Below, in pieces: positions 14,306-27,738 of a DNA stretch of 64,000 nucleotides; position 1 is the stretch's first letter; each line of letters opens with the position of its first letter. The notes beneath the pieces were generated by a model that saw nothing but the letters and a program-made list of their open reading frames with translations, had not been told where the DNA came from and ran no database searches. The stretch comes from Paraspadella gotoi (lineage: Eukaryota > Animalia > Chaetognatha), in NCBI GenBank assembly GCA_051294375.1, contig CM119269.1, positions 15,449,918 to 15,513,917 on the forward strand, written 5' to 3'. The position numbers and the translations under genes are program-made.

Positions 14306-14563
14306 TCAGCTGGTCGAGGCTTTTTTGTCATTTTCCTCTTTCTTCTTTTTCAATTTTTCAAGTTGTTCCTCCTGCATCTTGCGAAAAAATTTGGCTTCCT
14401 CCGCCGCTTGTTTCTTGGCGAAAGAGTCTCCGGCTGATTTGACTGTGCCGTCGGCGTCGCCAGCGCCAACGCCGCGAGGACCGTCGCTCATGAGGAGGGC
14501 GGAGACACGCATCGCTGGTGACATCAATCTTAGCCGGGAAACCTTCGTCGCGGCCACTGACAT
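14306..14563 (-). CDS. ATP5IF1: Mitochondrial ATP synthase inhibitory factor 1
   Basis: Single-exon 85 aa ORF with a basic presequence, then GAGDADGTVKSAGDSFAKKQAAEEAKFFRKMQEEQLEKLK, the IF1 pattern (AGG/D-F-K-E-A-E-YF) and coiled coil. Confidence 0.85.
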   Translation of the reverse strand: MSVAATKVSRLRLMSPAMRVSALLMSDGPRGVGAGDADGTVKSAGDSFAKKQAAEEAKFFRKMQEEQLEKLKKKKEENDKKASTS

Positions 14564-14786
14564 TTTATTTCTTCAACAATTAACTGCAAAAGGTAAACGC
14601 CGCGAGCGGAAAAAAAATCAATAAACGAGGGAAAATAGAACAGAACAGACATCGCCAGGTTTCAAAGCGATCGGATCGGTTGGATTTCTCGCGTGCGATA
14701 TGAGAAAAATGAAAGCGAAAGATCGTTGTAAAAATCCGACGGTGAAATTTGGCCACAATAAATCGAATTAAACAAAACCACTTTCG

Positions 14787-15419
14787 TCAGTTGAGTTCTA
14801 TGACGCCGCCAACGGCCTCGATGGCAGTTTTCAACGCCTCCGCCTCTTCCTTGTTCGCGCCCTCCTTCAAAATCTGCGGCGCGGCCTCCACGAACTTTTT
14901 CGCCTGCACCAGATTCATCCCCTCTAACAAGTTTTTAACTTCCTTGATCAGCGCCACTTTTTTTCCAACGTCGAAGCTGACGAGTTTTACGGCAAAGATC
15001 GTCTTTTCGCGAGGCTTGTCTTCGGCTTCCTCCTCGGCGGCGGGTGCGGGGGCAGCGGCAGCACCTGTAAGGAGAGGAAAGAATGAAAAATAGTACTGTG
15101 CGGAAAAAGACCTTATTTCTTTACAGCAAACGAAAAATAACTAACTTGAAGCCATCATGGGAACGTCCTTTATGTTCAACTTGATCTTCAAAAGTTCATT
15201 TAGATCTGCCACTTCTAAGATCGACATTTTGGCAATGTCATCGACCATTTGAACAATTTTGGGCGAGTAGGACTTAGTGGCGCCTTCGGGCGTGGGCGCA
15301 GGCAAAGGCTGAGTGGAGTAGAAAACTCCGCTGCTTCGAGCGACGGCGGCGGAAGCGTTTAAGGGCAACGATCTAGTGAAGTGGCCGCAGCGACAAAGGA
15401 GCCACGGAAGGCGCGACAT
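14787..15419 (-). CDS. MRPL12: Mitochondrial ribosomal protein bL12m (2 exons)
   Basis: YSPKIVQMVDDIAKMSILEVADLNELLK, an Ala/Pro hinge, then EKTIFAVKLVSFD...KVALIKEVKNLLEGMNLVQAKKFVEAAP...GGVIELN*. Confidence 0.92.
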
Positions 15420-15574
15420 TTTCTACCAGGACAAAATACAATCCCTTTGGTCCTTAATGGACTAGAAAAAATGAGAAAAAATCAAATGCTGGGAGTCAAT
15501 AAATGAACAGTGGACAACAAAAGGAAATATTCAATGGCGAGCAGAATGTAAAAAGCTTTAATCGAGAAACGATT

Positions 15575-16430
15575 TCACATCTCCCCGCATTGGGAGATGA
15601 CGACGGGAATCTTGGGTTTATTGTTTGGTCCCGTAGGAATGTTTTCGATCTTGCGAACGATGAGCAGCCCTTCCGTGACGCGGCCAAACACGACGTGTTT
15701 CCCGTCCAGATAATCACACTTGGAGCAAGTGATGAAAAATTGACATCCGTTAGTGTCTTTGCCGGAATTGGCCATCGACAAGAGGCCGGGACCCGAATGC
15801 TTCAATCGAAAGTTTTCGTCTGAAGTCGATATTAAAATTACAACTTATGTGGGGCGAGGATTCGTTTTTTAAAATTAGGACAGCCTTTTGAAGTTGTTTA
15901 ATAATTAAGTTTACTAAAATGATCGCTCAACAGATACAAACCTGCAAAGTTTGGACCGTATATGCTCATTGTCCCCGTTCCGTCCCCGTTGACAAAGTCC
16001 CCTCCCTGAATCATAAAATCCTTGATAACGCGATGGAACTGGGATCCTTTAAAACCCGTAGGCACGCCGTCACGCCGGAACTCGCCGGTACATAGTTGCC
16101 GAAAGTTTTCCGCGGACCTATGCCCGAGCCAAAAAGCTATGTAAACCATCAATTCGAACAAAAGCGTACGGAGAGTAAGGAGAGGATATCAACTAGCCGA
16201 CTCTAGGAAAAGCTGCGCGAGCAACCTCGATATTTTTCTGACTAAACTTTTTTTAACCTTTCCATAATTTTATATTATGCTGACTATGGTTTCCGCTTTT
16301 TTTCGCGGTGAATTCACCTCGGGACGACGTCAGCAAACAGTTCCATCTTCATCCTGCCAATTTCCGTATTCCCGACAGTGATGTCGAAAAAAACGACTGG
16401 ATTGTTCGGATTCGTAACCTTATCGGCCAT
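15575..16430 (-). CDS. PPIH: Peptidyl-prolyl isomerase H (cyclophilin H, U4/U6 snRNP), 3 exons
   Basis: [73 protein letters not shown] and the PPIH-type C-terminus [20 protein letters not shown]. Confidence 0.93.
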
Positions 16431-16907
16431 GTCTGTTTTTATGAGCGAAAAAGTCGCTCGGGAACTAACGATTGATTTGAAAGGAGACTATTTTGAAAAC
16501 AGCTTTGATAATGTCACGACATGATTACGATGGTCGATCCAAAGTTTTACAATATGTTGCTTATTAATATAAATAAATTAAGTAAAGAAGCTTCTTTCGT
16601 TTGAATTTGGGACATGGAGACAAGTTTCTATTTAAAAGTTTTTCTTTCTCAAAAGGGGTCTTCCGGTAAAAAGTAATAGTAAAGCCGAAAATTGCTCGGC
16701 TTTCGACTAAACATATGAGCAACAAAAACCACAATTTTTTAAAGAATTGTTCAAAAAATTCCTCAGGGAGGAACAAGCTGGTAAGGTTAAATTCATAAAA
16801 ACTAATCACCCTAATCTTGATAAAAATCTACGACGCCCCAAAAGGTGATGAATCGAGTGAGGATTGGACGAAGCAACCCCGAGCATCTCTGTCTTTGGCA
16901 ACCTTTT

Positions 16908-19900
16908 TTACTTCATCTTGGCTCGGAGAGAGGCGGGCATCTCCGGGGGCGGGGGACGGGGCAGGCGGAAAATGACCTTGACAGTGTCGTAAATAAACCA
17001 CTGTAGCGCTGTGAGCGTGCCGATCATAATTATCCTCGGGAAGAGACCAGCCCATAATCCGGCCATTCCCAGCTCCTTGGCCGCGCTAACGGCGGACCCG
17101 CCTGTAGTGAAAAACATATTATACTGAGCTCTCCAAATTTCAGAATAATTATTTCAAAGAGAGAATGGGTGAAGGGTTGTTACCAGGCATATTGTTTAGT
17201 TTCGAGACGACAGTGTCAGCAGGATGAGAGACTACGGCGCAGAAGACACCGGCGATGTATCCAGCGACGAAGGTGACTCCCAGCTGTTCAGCTTTGTTAC
17301 ACTGATCACGAGGCTTCGGTACCACGTATTTGTACAAATTTTCTGACAATTAAGCAATAAGAAAAATTTAACAATTCGTAGACAAATTTTGAAAAAAATC
17401 AATGTCAACTTACCGACTGTTTTTTCAAAGCAGGCGAACTTCATCATGGTGTAGGGAATCTGCCGCATCCACAGCGGAGTAAGTCCTTTATAGAAGCCCC
17501 ACAGGCCTTCCGTGTTGTACAGCAAGGGCACAGCCGCGCGGAAAGTTTTAGGGAAACCCTCCTTTGTTTGGATGCCTGAATGAGAAGTAAACTTAAGGCA
17601 ATATTAAAAAAAATTTCGAATGATTATTTTTTAGCTCTTCCTTCCGACGGGGCTCGGAAGGACGACTGACCGACTTTGATGGCTTCGAAGGGTGCGAGAC
17701 CGATGTCGGCGAAGAACTCGGCCGAGGCGGAGGCGATCAAATAGAGACCCGTACGGTAGAGATAAGCGGCTTCCTCTCCCAGCAATCCCGCGTAGACAAT
17801 CTTGAAGAGTTCATAGAAGCCGAATTTGCCGAGTCCCTGGACTGAGTAGCCCATCAACGTCGGAGCCCATCCCAGCGTAAGAGCAGAGAGTCCACCCTCG
17901 GCGACCGTCACTCTAAAAGCCAAATAATATGGAAATCCTCAAATAACTAAGGTTATTGCATCAATGTAATTTCTCAGTCATTTTTTTCCCTTCAACTCCA
18001 ACTATTCGATACTCTTTCCCAAATTATATAATAATATATATACTTATAAATACTCTCTGAATTCTATTTTCCTCTTCCTACACAATTGTCTCCTAATTAT
18101 TTATCCTCATCATTCTGTCATTCTATCCTTAATTTTTTAAGACGTTTTAAAGATATAAATATAGATATAAATTGCACTCGAGATTCCTTCATCTTCTCCC
18201 TTCCTGTTATTTTCTCCGCTGTCTCCAACTCTTCTTCCTCCTCCTCCTTCATTTTCGAATCCTAACTGGGTACCAGTGTTTCTAGGCAACCAGAAAAGCC
18301 AAGAACTAGTGGAAACAAACGGTGGTACAAAAATATCTTAAAAAAGCGGAATCAAAATGTCGGGTTTGCCCCGTGAAGTTCTCAGATGGCTTCAAAGCCT
18401 CGATCTTTCGTCTCCTGTAAAAAATCCGAAGTGGGACTTTTCAAACGGATTGCTCATAGCGGAAATATTTTCTTGGTATTTTCCGAGAGAAATCAGTATG
18501 CACAGTTTCCATACAGGATGTAGCCTTCAAACCAAAATGTCCAACTGGTACCTGCTGGATAAGTTCTTTCGCGATGAAAATATGGATATACCAAAAGACC
18601 TTATGCTCGGAACAATTCATAACAAGGGTTAATTTTTCGTTTTTGTATTATCAAAGATGACAAGGTACAAATTAATTAAATCTACTCCCCAATTACGTTC
18701 AGATGGGGCGGCGGCTCTTCTAATTCAGCACATCTTTGAACGATTGACAAGGCGCAATGTCTCCGCGTCTCTACTCCGGGAATCGACTTTCTCGGAACAC
18801 GCGCGGGATTTCACCTGCGCGGATCAAGCCTACCAAATGACGCTGCCGATGCACGCGCGAGCCACTGCATCCACGGCCGTGAAATCAAATTTTCAAATTA
18901 CCGAATCGATGGCACATCCAAATATCATCACCAATGCTCATCAGGCAAATAACTTTTAGTACGTTATACCCTAAAACATCTAATTACTCCTATATATTCT
19001 GTCACATTTCGCAGGCTCAAAAGATTATCAGCAACCATTTGGAGAACAGGCAACGAGAAAGATTAATTGACCCGCAAAGATTCGGAATAAGACCCACGGT
19101 GGGAGAATCCAGCCTCCGTTTAGCGGAAGCATCGATTCCACCGTCGAGAACGCGTTCAAACGCCCCCTCATCACCGCAACGTAGAGTGGAACTTCAAACT
19201 GAAGAACGACCACGTGAAATCCACGTGCGACAACACTTAAGTCTTCATTAATCGTGAAACAACCTTTGAAGATCGTGATGCCCAAATTAATAAATTGCTG
19301 CATATTATGTATTAAAATTACTAATTCGTTTTAAAACGTAAAGAAATACCGCCTAATTAATGTCGTCAAAAACTTTCGAATCCGTAAAGACTGTATATTA
19401 TGTATAATATACAATAAGGCGGAACAGGTTACAAACTAACAGAAGTCCGATATAAATATTGTTAATGTTTATTAAAGATCATTAAAAAAAAGAAGATTTA
19501 TCTTATAGTTGAACAGTTTAACAGATTCTTATCTAAAGCTTGAAAAGTTAGATGAAGCTTATTATTACAACTTTTTGAAATTTTAATGATTTATCTATGA
19601 AAATTAATAAAAACTATAAAATTTAATGAATGATGATGATGATAATAATTTTTTAAGTTTTTTTAGCATATTTATCATTAAAATTTTGAAATTTGTAGTA
19701 CTAACCTTTATCTAACTTTTTAATCTTTATCAGAATCCATTTTTAAAAATTTAAATTTTATGGTGGACTAAAATCCACCAATCAGAAGCTCAGGGACTGC
19801 TTGTATTGAACGGTTCTGTCACTAACACACAATCATTACTGTCAACTTCTAAAAAATATTTTTAAGCATATATTGTTATATATTAAAATGCTTCCATGCA

Positions 19901-20515
19901 TAAGGAAACGAATTTAATAAATCTAACATCATAAGTCAATTTGGTTGTAAAAGGACAAAAGACTTTTATTGCAGACTTTTTTATCTTGTAAAAATGTTAA
20001 ATTCTGGCCCGCCTTAATGTACAATTGTACATTACTGGTAAATAAACGTATCCAGAATTGAAAGCAAAATTTTATTGTAGTAACGTGCAGTGTAGTTAAG
20101 TAATATACTTTTTCATATCTCTTTTATTTCCCAAACCCAAACGTGGAGAATTGACTACTCACTTGAATCCGTTTACGATGCCTTTGTATTTGGCCGGATC
20201 GACCTGGATCCGGCATTTGACGAGATCGAGCGGCACGATGGCAGTGTGCGTGATGCCGCAAGACAAGATCCCTCCGAACCCGCAAAGGAGGTAGTACTTC
20301 ATCGATCCAATTTCACAGGATGGGGTATCATCGGCGGCTGAAAGAAAAACAAATGACAACCCGAAGTGAAAATGGTTGACCAACTAACGGAAATCGCTGT
20401 TTAAAAACTCACCCGCCGAAATCGTTCTCGTTTCGTCGTTGCTTTTGCATTTTGCGACGGTGAATGGAGACCCAAATGGGCTGTTCAACGCAATTTTTGC
20501 TAAATTCTCATACAT
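16908..20515 (-). CDS. SLC25A3: Mitochondrial phosphate carrier (multi-exon; long intron 17913-20162)
   Basis: [83 protein letters not shown] and [13 protein letters not shown]. Confidence 0.96.
18278..18290 (+). promoter_or_regulatory. RFX X-box-like motif upstream of the nested SPATA4-like gene
   Basis: GTTTCTAGGCAAC, 66 nt upstream of the ATG at 18357, resembles the X-box consensus GTNRCC(N0-3)RGYAAC. Confidence 0.6.
18357..19251 (+). CDS. SPATA4: SPATA4-like CH-domain (SPEF1/CH_2 family) protein nested antisense in the SLC25A3 intron (3 exons)
   Basis: [51 protein letters not shown], later [18 protein letters not shown]. Introns are ~18628-18702 (GT-AG) and 18945-19014 (GC-AG). Confidence 0.85.
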
Positions 20516-20947
20516 CTATGGAAAAAAAAATAGTAATATGAATATTATTCTTTCTTAGCTCTCAACAGGCTTCAACTTACCTTATTCTTCGGGGTGGGTT
20601 TTGGATGTTCAGCAGAGATTCTTAAACCTAAGATTTAATTACCTGAAGGGCAAAATAACCAAACAATTAAGTGAAATTTACTTTCGATAAAATCAAATTT
20701 ACAAAAATTCGCTGGTCAAGTGCGTATTTTTAACCAAACAGGACTCAAGAAATTTAGAAAGCCCTTCGAAAAAAATAACATTCCCTTCGCTTTGATTCGA
20801 AACTGGGATTTTTTTCCGATTTGAATTGAATGGGTTTATTTTTTTTCGTTTTGTCTTTCTCTAACTCGAGGGCGCATAGGCTGAAATCGGACAAGGAATC
20901 AAAGAAGAATCTCGTTCGCATTTCCTTGGACGACGCAGGCGAGAACA

Positions 20948-21527
<580 letters not shown>

Positions 21528-21665
21528 GATGATGATTTTTTTCTAAGGTTCGCACTGACCAGCAACTTGAAGTACTGAATCGTTTCTACCCTTACTAAAA
21601 AAAAATAATAAATTAGAAATTTATGGCGTAACAACAGAATAACGAATTAAAAAGAAAAGGAATCG

Positions 21666-24226
21666 TTAAAATTTTGGTAAGCACTCCAGCAATATGTCTC
21701 TCAGTTTTTCTCTCATCGTGTCTTGTCCCTCGCATATGATATGTGTCGATTCTTCCTCGATCGTGATAAGAGTGTCCGAATCGATTTCGACAATGGCTCC
21801 GCCTCCTGGACTCTCCTCCAGCTTGGGATTTTTAAAGCCCTGCTGCCTCAAAAGAGCGACAAAGGCCGTCAGATCGAGAGAGCCGTAAAATTGCTTCGAA
21901 GGTGGCCTCCTCGTTCTAGTCCTCGATTTCGTTTCTTCTTCTTCTTTAGCGCCGGTAGAAGACTTGCGTTTTCGACTAACACCGTCCGTCGACGAAGATG
22001 CGGATGTCGTCCCTCCAACCTCCACGGCCTCTAAATTGCCGACGGACAAATGATCGGCGGAATGTAACGTCGCTCGGTTGTCCTTGACAATCACTTGGCC
22101 AAAGACGGTGGCCGCCAAAACGCCCGCTTTTACTTCGACGGGGGCGAGCGCTCCCGCCAAATCGGGGTTCAGTTCGATCCTATCGAACGTCTTTTCCACG
22201 TCGACTTTGACGACCTGTCCCCGTCGGTAGGGAAGCGGGGCAAAGTCGCTGTTGACGCAGAGGTCGCTGCGGTGAGGGGGAAACTGTGGTGGGCGAGTAT
22301 ATTGGTCGGCGACGACGACGCGTTTTGGGCGAAGGTCGGGCACGAGTTTGTTGGCCTGAGCGAAGGAGAGCGAGGTGTCTATGGGAGTGAAATAGGCCTT
22401 AATAGCCAAGGGTTGGAACGGAGCCAACGCTTCCAGGTGAGGAAAGTCAGGCTCGGTGAAGATGATCGTGTTTCGAGAATCCTTGCCCCACAGGTGAAGG
22501 AAATGAACGGCGTCCCCGAATCGAAGCGATGGGTGTCCCGCGAAGACGACGCACGGGGTCTTCAGCTGACGCGAAAACTCTGGATCGTAGACGTCGGCGA
22601 AATGGCGAAGCCGCTCGAGGCGGACGAGGTCGCCGTGGACGAAAGGGAAGTCAGGAAGGTAGACGCGACTTTGTTTACCGTGAGACAACCATTCGGCAAA
22701 GATGTTTGAAAAACCTAAAGGGGCAGAGACAAGCGGTGAATATAACAAGAAGAAGAGTGAGCTAGAAAATTAAAGTAAAAACGCTTTCTGACCGAGGCTT
22801 TGTTTGGCGACGGGCGAGATGAAGTAAAGCGGAACGTGCGCCAATTGCGAAGATTCTAAATGCGTCGAAAGGCATTCGAACAGATCGTAAGTGACCCCAG
22901 AGGGAAAACAAGGAACCAGAACGTTCCCGCCATTGCGTAAAGTGATGGCCGTATTAACGCAAAATTCGCCTGAGTTAAACAAGCGCGGGTTAAAATTAAT
23001 TTTATAGATATCGAAATATAATTAACATATATCCATCACGTATTTAACTTTTAACCATTATAGTTTAACAAAAAATGTAGTAAAATAAGTAATCTTGCAA
23101 TTATCATTAATCACCAATCATGGCGTCGGGATTTTGCGTAGGCCACTGCGTTAGACCAGACAAGATGAGAGCGTCGCCGTCTCTTAAGGCGTTTTGGTCC
23201 ATAGGACGTGGGTGCGTCGTTAAGGTCGATGATGACGATAGATAAACTATTTTTTCCCGAGAACCAGTTAGAACCCAATTGCATGATCCTGCCATAAAGA
23301 TAAAACTGCATATTACAGGCAAATCACAGATAAACTCCGACTTACCAAGACAAAATCCCGAGGAAGTTGGCATAACCGTAAGAGTTCCAAAGATGTCCCT
23401 CTTTTCCGAGTAACCGATTAGTTTAACTTTGGCGAGGGACGATTCCATCTCGTGGCGCGAATAAAGCAGCGACCAACTGGAAAGATTTCCCCCGACGGCT
23501 TCGCGCAATCCGGCCGGGAGTGATTTGGTGAATTGAGGGTCTTTCCACTGGGTCGTTGTGGATTCGCTGGGACAACGATCGATCCAATGGATCATTTCCT
23601 CCATGAACAACCTCCCCATGGTCAAAGTTGGTTCCGTCATAAAAATTTCGCCTTAAAAAGTAAAGCTCAAGGATTGATGAGACGAACAATGTCAAGTCAA
23701 AAATCCCCGTTACTTTTCAAATTTGAAGCGCCGCACCTTTAAAATTTGTACGTTCGGTAATGAATGGAAGCGCCAGCATATGATGATAATTTGAGATGAG
23801 GATCGCGTCAATTTCTCCCAAGTCGATCATCGCCATTTCCGGTTTCGAAAATTCCGGCGGAGAATCGATAAAGTAACGACCATTCAATTCCTGTTGAAAG
23901 CGTACGTATCATCAACGATAACAACAACAACGATCAACAGCTTACGCGCAACGATTATTATTATAGTAATAATTTATTCGTAATCCATGACGAAAAAGAG
24001 ATGTCCTCACCTTAATGCACTTAGAAGCGTCGTGTGGAAACAATCGCTCGTCCTTGGCTGCGAATGAGGGGAGTTTAACGAACTTTTTGAGTGGAGTCGT
24101 CGAGAGGGGGAGGAAATGGAGGACTGAGTTCATTTCGAGTCCCGCGTCGAGCATCAGCATAGTAGATTTAAAGCGGACCACGAGACACGGGCGGTTCGGG
24201 TGACCAGAGAGGCAATAAACGCGCAT
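21666..24226 (-). CDS. INTS9: Integrator complex subunit 9 (multi-exon)
   Basis: [79 protein letters not shown] and [13 protein letters not shown]. Confidence 0.95.
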
Positions 24227-24489
24227 TGTTAACACTCACTGATGCTCTTTTTCTATTCAAATGAATACCGTTGAAATTACTACCATGTAACCATGTAACA
24301 AAAAGCTAAAATGAGAGCACCATAACATCAGAGGAATAAGTTAAGGCGAAACATTATTTTGGAAATATTGTAATAAATTATAACAAAACAACAAGATTTA
24401 AACAAATGAGAAAAGAGACAGTCAAGACGAATTTGGGTCATTTTTTCTTCTTTTTCGGAGGGTATCCGCTGTAACATCCCATTGAGACT

Positions 24490-26001
24490 TTAAAAGTCTA
24501 ACGATTTCTCCGAAGGGTTTTTTGGTTGACCAGGCTCATTATCACAGGAGCAACTCTTTCCGCTACTGCAACCACCACTAGAGTTTTTTAAGGCGCCTTC
24601 TAACGATTTAGCTGACAGACTGTAGGTCTTTCGAGTTTTGTTGTTGGTGCCCACGGCGAGTTTGGGGAGACCCTTGTTAAGGCCTTCAAGGAGAACGCAA
24701 GCTTTACAAAGTTCTTGGCTGCTAATGTATCCGCAACGCGAGCATGTTCCCTAAAAATTACACAAAAACATTGTTTTTAATTTCTAGTTGAAATTCGGGT
24801 CAGAGAAAAAAAAATTTTCTCCTTAATCATTACGACAAGTTATTGTTGATATTGTTGTGCATGGAGCATTAAAATACTGCTCAACGTCCAAGATAGACAA
24901 AATATTAACACGGACCTGAACCGGCATCTTGGTTCCTTCCCTAACGTCAAGAGTTTCTCCTGCATGTATGATGTCGATGATGACTCGAGGCCGAATCGAC
25001 TCCAAGTCTTTGAGAAAAGCGCGAGCGTGGCCGCGATAGGCGTTTGGACTGTAGATGCACTCCGTCGAAAAGTAGTCCAACTTTTTGAAATAGGCGTACA
25101 TCACGATCTCTTTCTCGTAGGTGTACTTGAACGGTTTACAACGCGGAAGCGCACCTGCCGTCGAATTATTATAATATATTAAAATCCCAACAAAACTCGA
25201 ACGGATTAAAGTTTTTTTCCCTCCCCGTTTAAAAAAAAAGACCTTCGGAACCGGTGACGATGGAGGTGCAACGACGAAGTCTAGCGATGTCCCCGCGAAG
25301 GACGTTCATTAAAACAGTTTCAGCAATGTCGTCTGCATTGTGGCCGGTTACTATTTTGTTAGCTCCAACCTGGGAGTAAGGAGCAGTTTAACATTCGATT
25401 TATTATTATTTATTTATTATTAATTTGTACGTGAAAACTTAAAAGTGAAAGGATCGTACCAACAAGGCTCCTCGATCAAGCGCCTGCCGCCTGAAAACCC
25501 CGCAAAATGTGCAGTTATTCTTCCGGCCGATTTGTTCCACGATAGCGTCCATGCTCCATCCGTACAATTCGTTGTACGATACGATCTTGAGCGGGAGTTG
25601 ATACTGCTGCTGATTCCGTTTCACAGTTTCCAAAGAGTCGTCTCGGTAACCTTGGATGCCCTCGTCCACGGACAATAGGAAGAGCGACAATCCGTAGTCG
25701 TATCGTTCGTTGAGCACTTTCATGACATGGGCGAGGACGGTCGAGTCTTTACCCCCTGAAGCTCCTATGGCCACTCGATCGCCACTATTTAAATTATGGA
25801 GTTTTAACACATAAAACCATACATAATAGAAATACCAAATCACTGAAAAACCTACCGGTTGAATAATTTAGCCGTTACAATGGTATCATTGACTTCCGCT
25901 TCAAAACAGTAGAAGAAACAATCTTTGCACAACGCGTCTCCAGTTTTTGGTCTCTTCAAAATTGCATTTTGTCCGCATTTACGTCCGCAAGGAACCGGCA
26001 T
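24490..26001 (-). CDS. CTU1: Cytoplasmic tRNA 2-thiolation protein 1 (5 exons)
   Basis: N-terminal CxxC/RPKTG/CKDCF, PP-loop [52 protein letters not shown] and C-terminal [16 protein letters not shown]. Confidence 0.96.
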
Positions 26002-26076
26002 TTTCGCGTTTAAAGAAACTAGAGATAAATACAGTAAGAAAATTTAGTAGTAACAAAATCGCTTGACTGCTAATAA

Positions 26077-27531
26077 TCACAATCGCGCTGAAGTTTTCAA
26101 AAGAGTTTCGAAACTGGGAGTGGCGATTATTTTATGGCTCAAGCGTCCGTAAGTATACATGTCCCCTCCTCCGCTGACGTCGTCCAGTTTGACGCCGACG
26201 AATTCTTGCAGAAATCCAGCGGGAGTGCCCAGGCTAAGATCCAACGAGTGTCCGTTGGGAAAAACCAACTCGCATCGTCCACTGGCGCGGATCACGACTT
26301 TCCCGATTTGTCCCTTGGGCAACCTCCCGAGCTTACAGGCGTTGGGGTCGTCGCGGGTCGCGAAATCGATCTCGTCTTCGCCGTCATCAGCTCGAAGCTC
26401 CGAAACCACTTCTTCGTCGGTTTTGACGGCAGCAGCTGGAACCGCCGCAGCGGCGGAAGCATCCGGGCGAATATCAAAAGGCAAAGAGTCCGGGAGCTGA
26501 ATAAAAATAGAGCGGGGATCGGCGTTGACTTCATCAAAGACGCCAGCGCAGGAAAACGGACGTTTTCGATCGTCTGACGCCGTTGAAGCGGCGTGGGCGT
26601 GAGTTCGAGAGTCTAAGAGTGGAAGGGTTACGGGCGGAATAGCCGACTCTAGCTCCGCTTTTATGCCAGTTACAAAGTCATCCTTGAAGAGGCGATCTAA
26701 AAGCGCCTGAGCTTTGGCCGGATCCGTGGTCGTGGCTGTTAAAGATCAGAAATTGATGTTGATGATTAAATTAATTCATTTCTTTCTTTGAGTGGTATTA
26801 ACCTTTGGATGAGAAAACTCTGGCCGAGTCAGCAGCGTCACCACCGCCGCCGCCGCCATAAGAGGGTGCTCGCCCATCGCTTTTCCTTAGGTCACTCGTT
26901 AATCCCTTTGAAAAAACAGACGTTTTTGACTTAACATCTTAAATAGAGGTAAAAACAATTTTTAAAAATCTAATAAAATCACATGGATTAAGATAACATC
27001 CTAAAACTGCATGACTATTTCTTACTTCCAACACAGAACTAGTTTGAATGTGATTCGGGTTGACATATCCGGGACCGCCGCGACCTCGGCCTCTACCACG
27101 GCCCCTTCCACGCCCACGATCCGTTCTTGGCTCGAACCTCTTCTTTGGCTTCGCATCTTCAACCGAGGACGAAGTAGCTTCTTTTCTTAAAAAGGTTAAT
27201 CACATCTTCGTTTTAGAAACGTCGATGATAGTCATGACATTTGAAGTTTAAAAGTTTGAAACTTTTAGAACCGAGTCCGAGGGATTTAATTTTCATTTAC
27301 TGACCTTAACTTGGCCTGTAGATTAGGGGTGAAGACCTTCTTGGCTACTGACGGAGATGGTCCCGGAGATGGGTTCGCGGCGGAACCGTTGGAAGAGATT
27401 ACTGCGCCAGTTTCGCTCAAACTTATTTTGACATCCGGTCCACCGGACAATCGCTTTAATCGCGACACGGGATTTGTTATCCCTTCTTTTGGTTTGAGAA
27501 TCGGAGTTGAAACACGTCGATTATTCGACAT
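26077..27531 (-). CDS. POLR3D: RNA polymerase III subunit RPC4 (4 exons)
   Basis: KKVFTPNL, an RGRGRG stretch, FIQLPDSLP and the RPC4 domain GQIGKVVIRASGRCELVF...LDLSLGTPAGFLQE...GRLSHKIIATPSFETLL*. Confidence 0.85.
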
Positions 27532-27638
27532 TATGAGAAACTACAACTATTCAATAAAATTAAAAGAATTAGTTTTCAATATTAAACCGGCACACAAATA
27601 AAACAGTAAACTGAAACAAAAACCTTCAAGAGCTGTAC

Positions 27639-27664
27639 TGACCTTTAAGTACATTTTAAGGTCA
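27639..27664. promoter_or_regulatory. Everted pair of extended nuclear-receptor half-sites (TNAAGGTCA, ERR/NR5A-type)
   Basis: TGACCTTTA-agtacatt-TTAAGGTCA. Both strands carry a match to TNAAGGTCA, ~110 nt upstream of the POLR3D ATG. Confidence 0.35.
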
Positions 27665-27738
27665 TAGCCAAGACAATTTTACATCATTTTTAACATTCTT
27701 TTGAAAAAAATATTACAGCATCAGCGGCAAGTGATATT

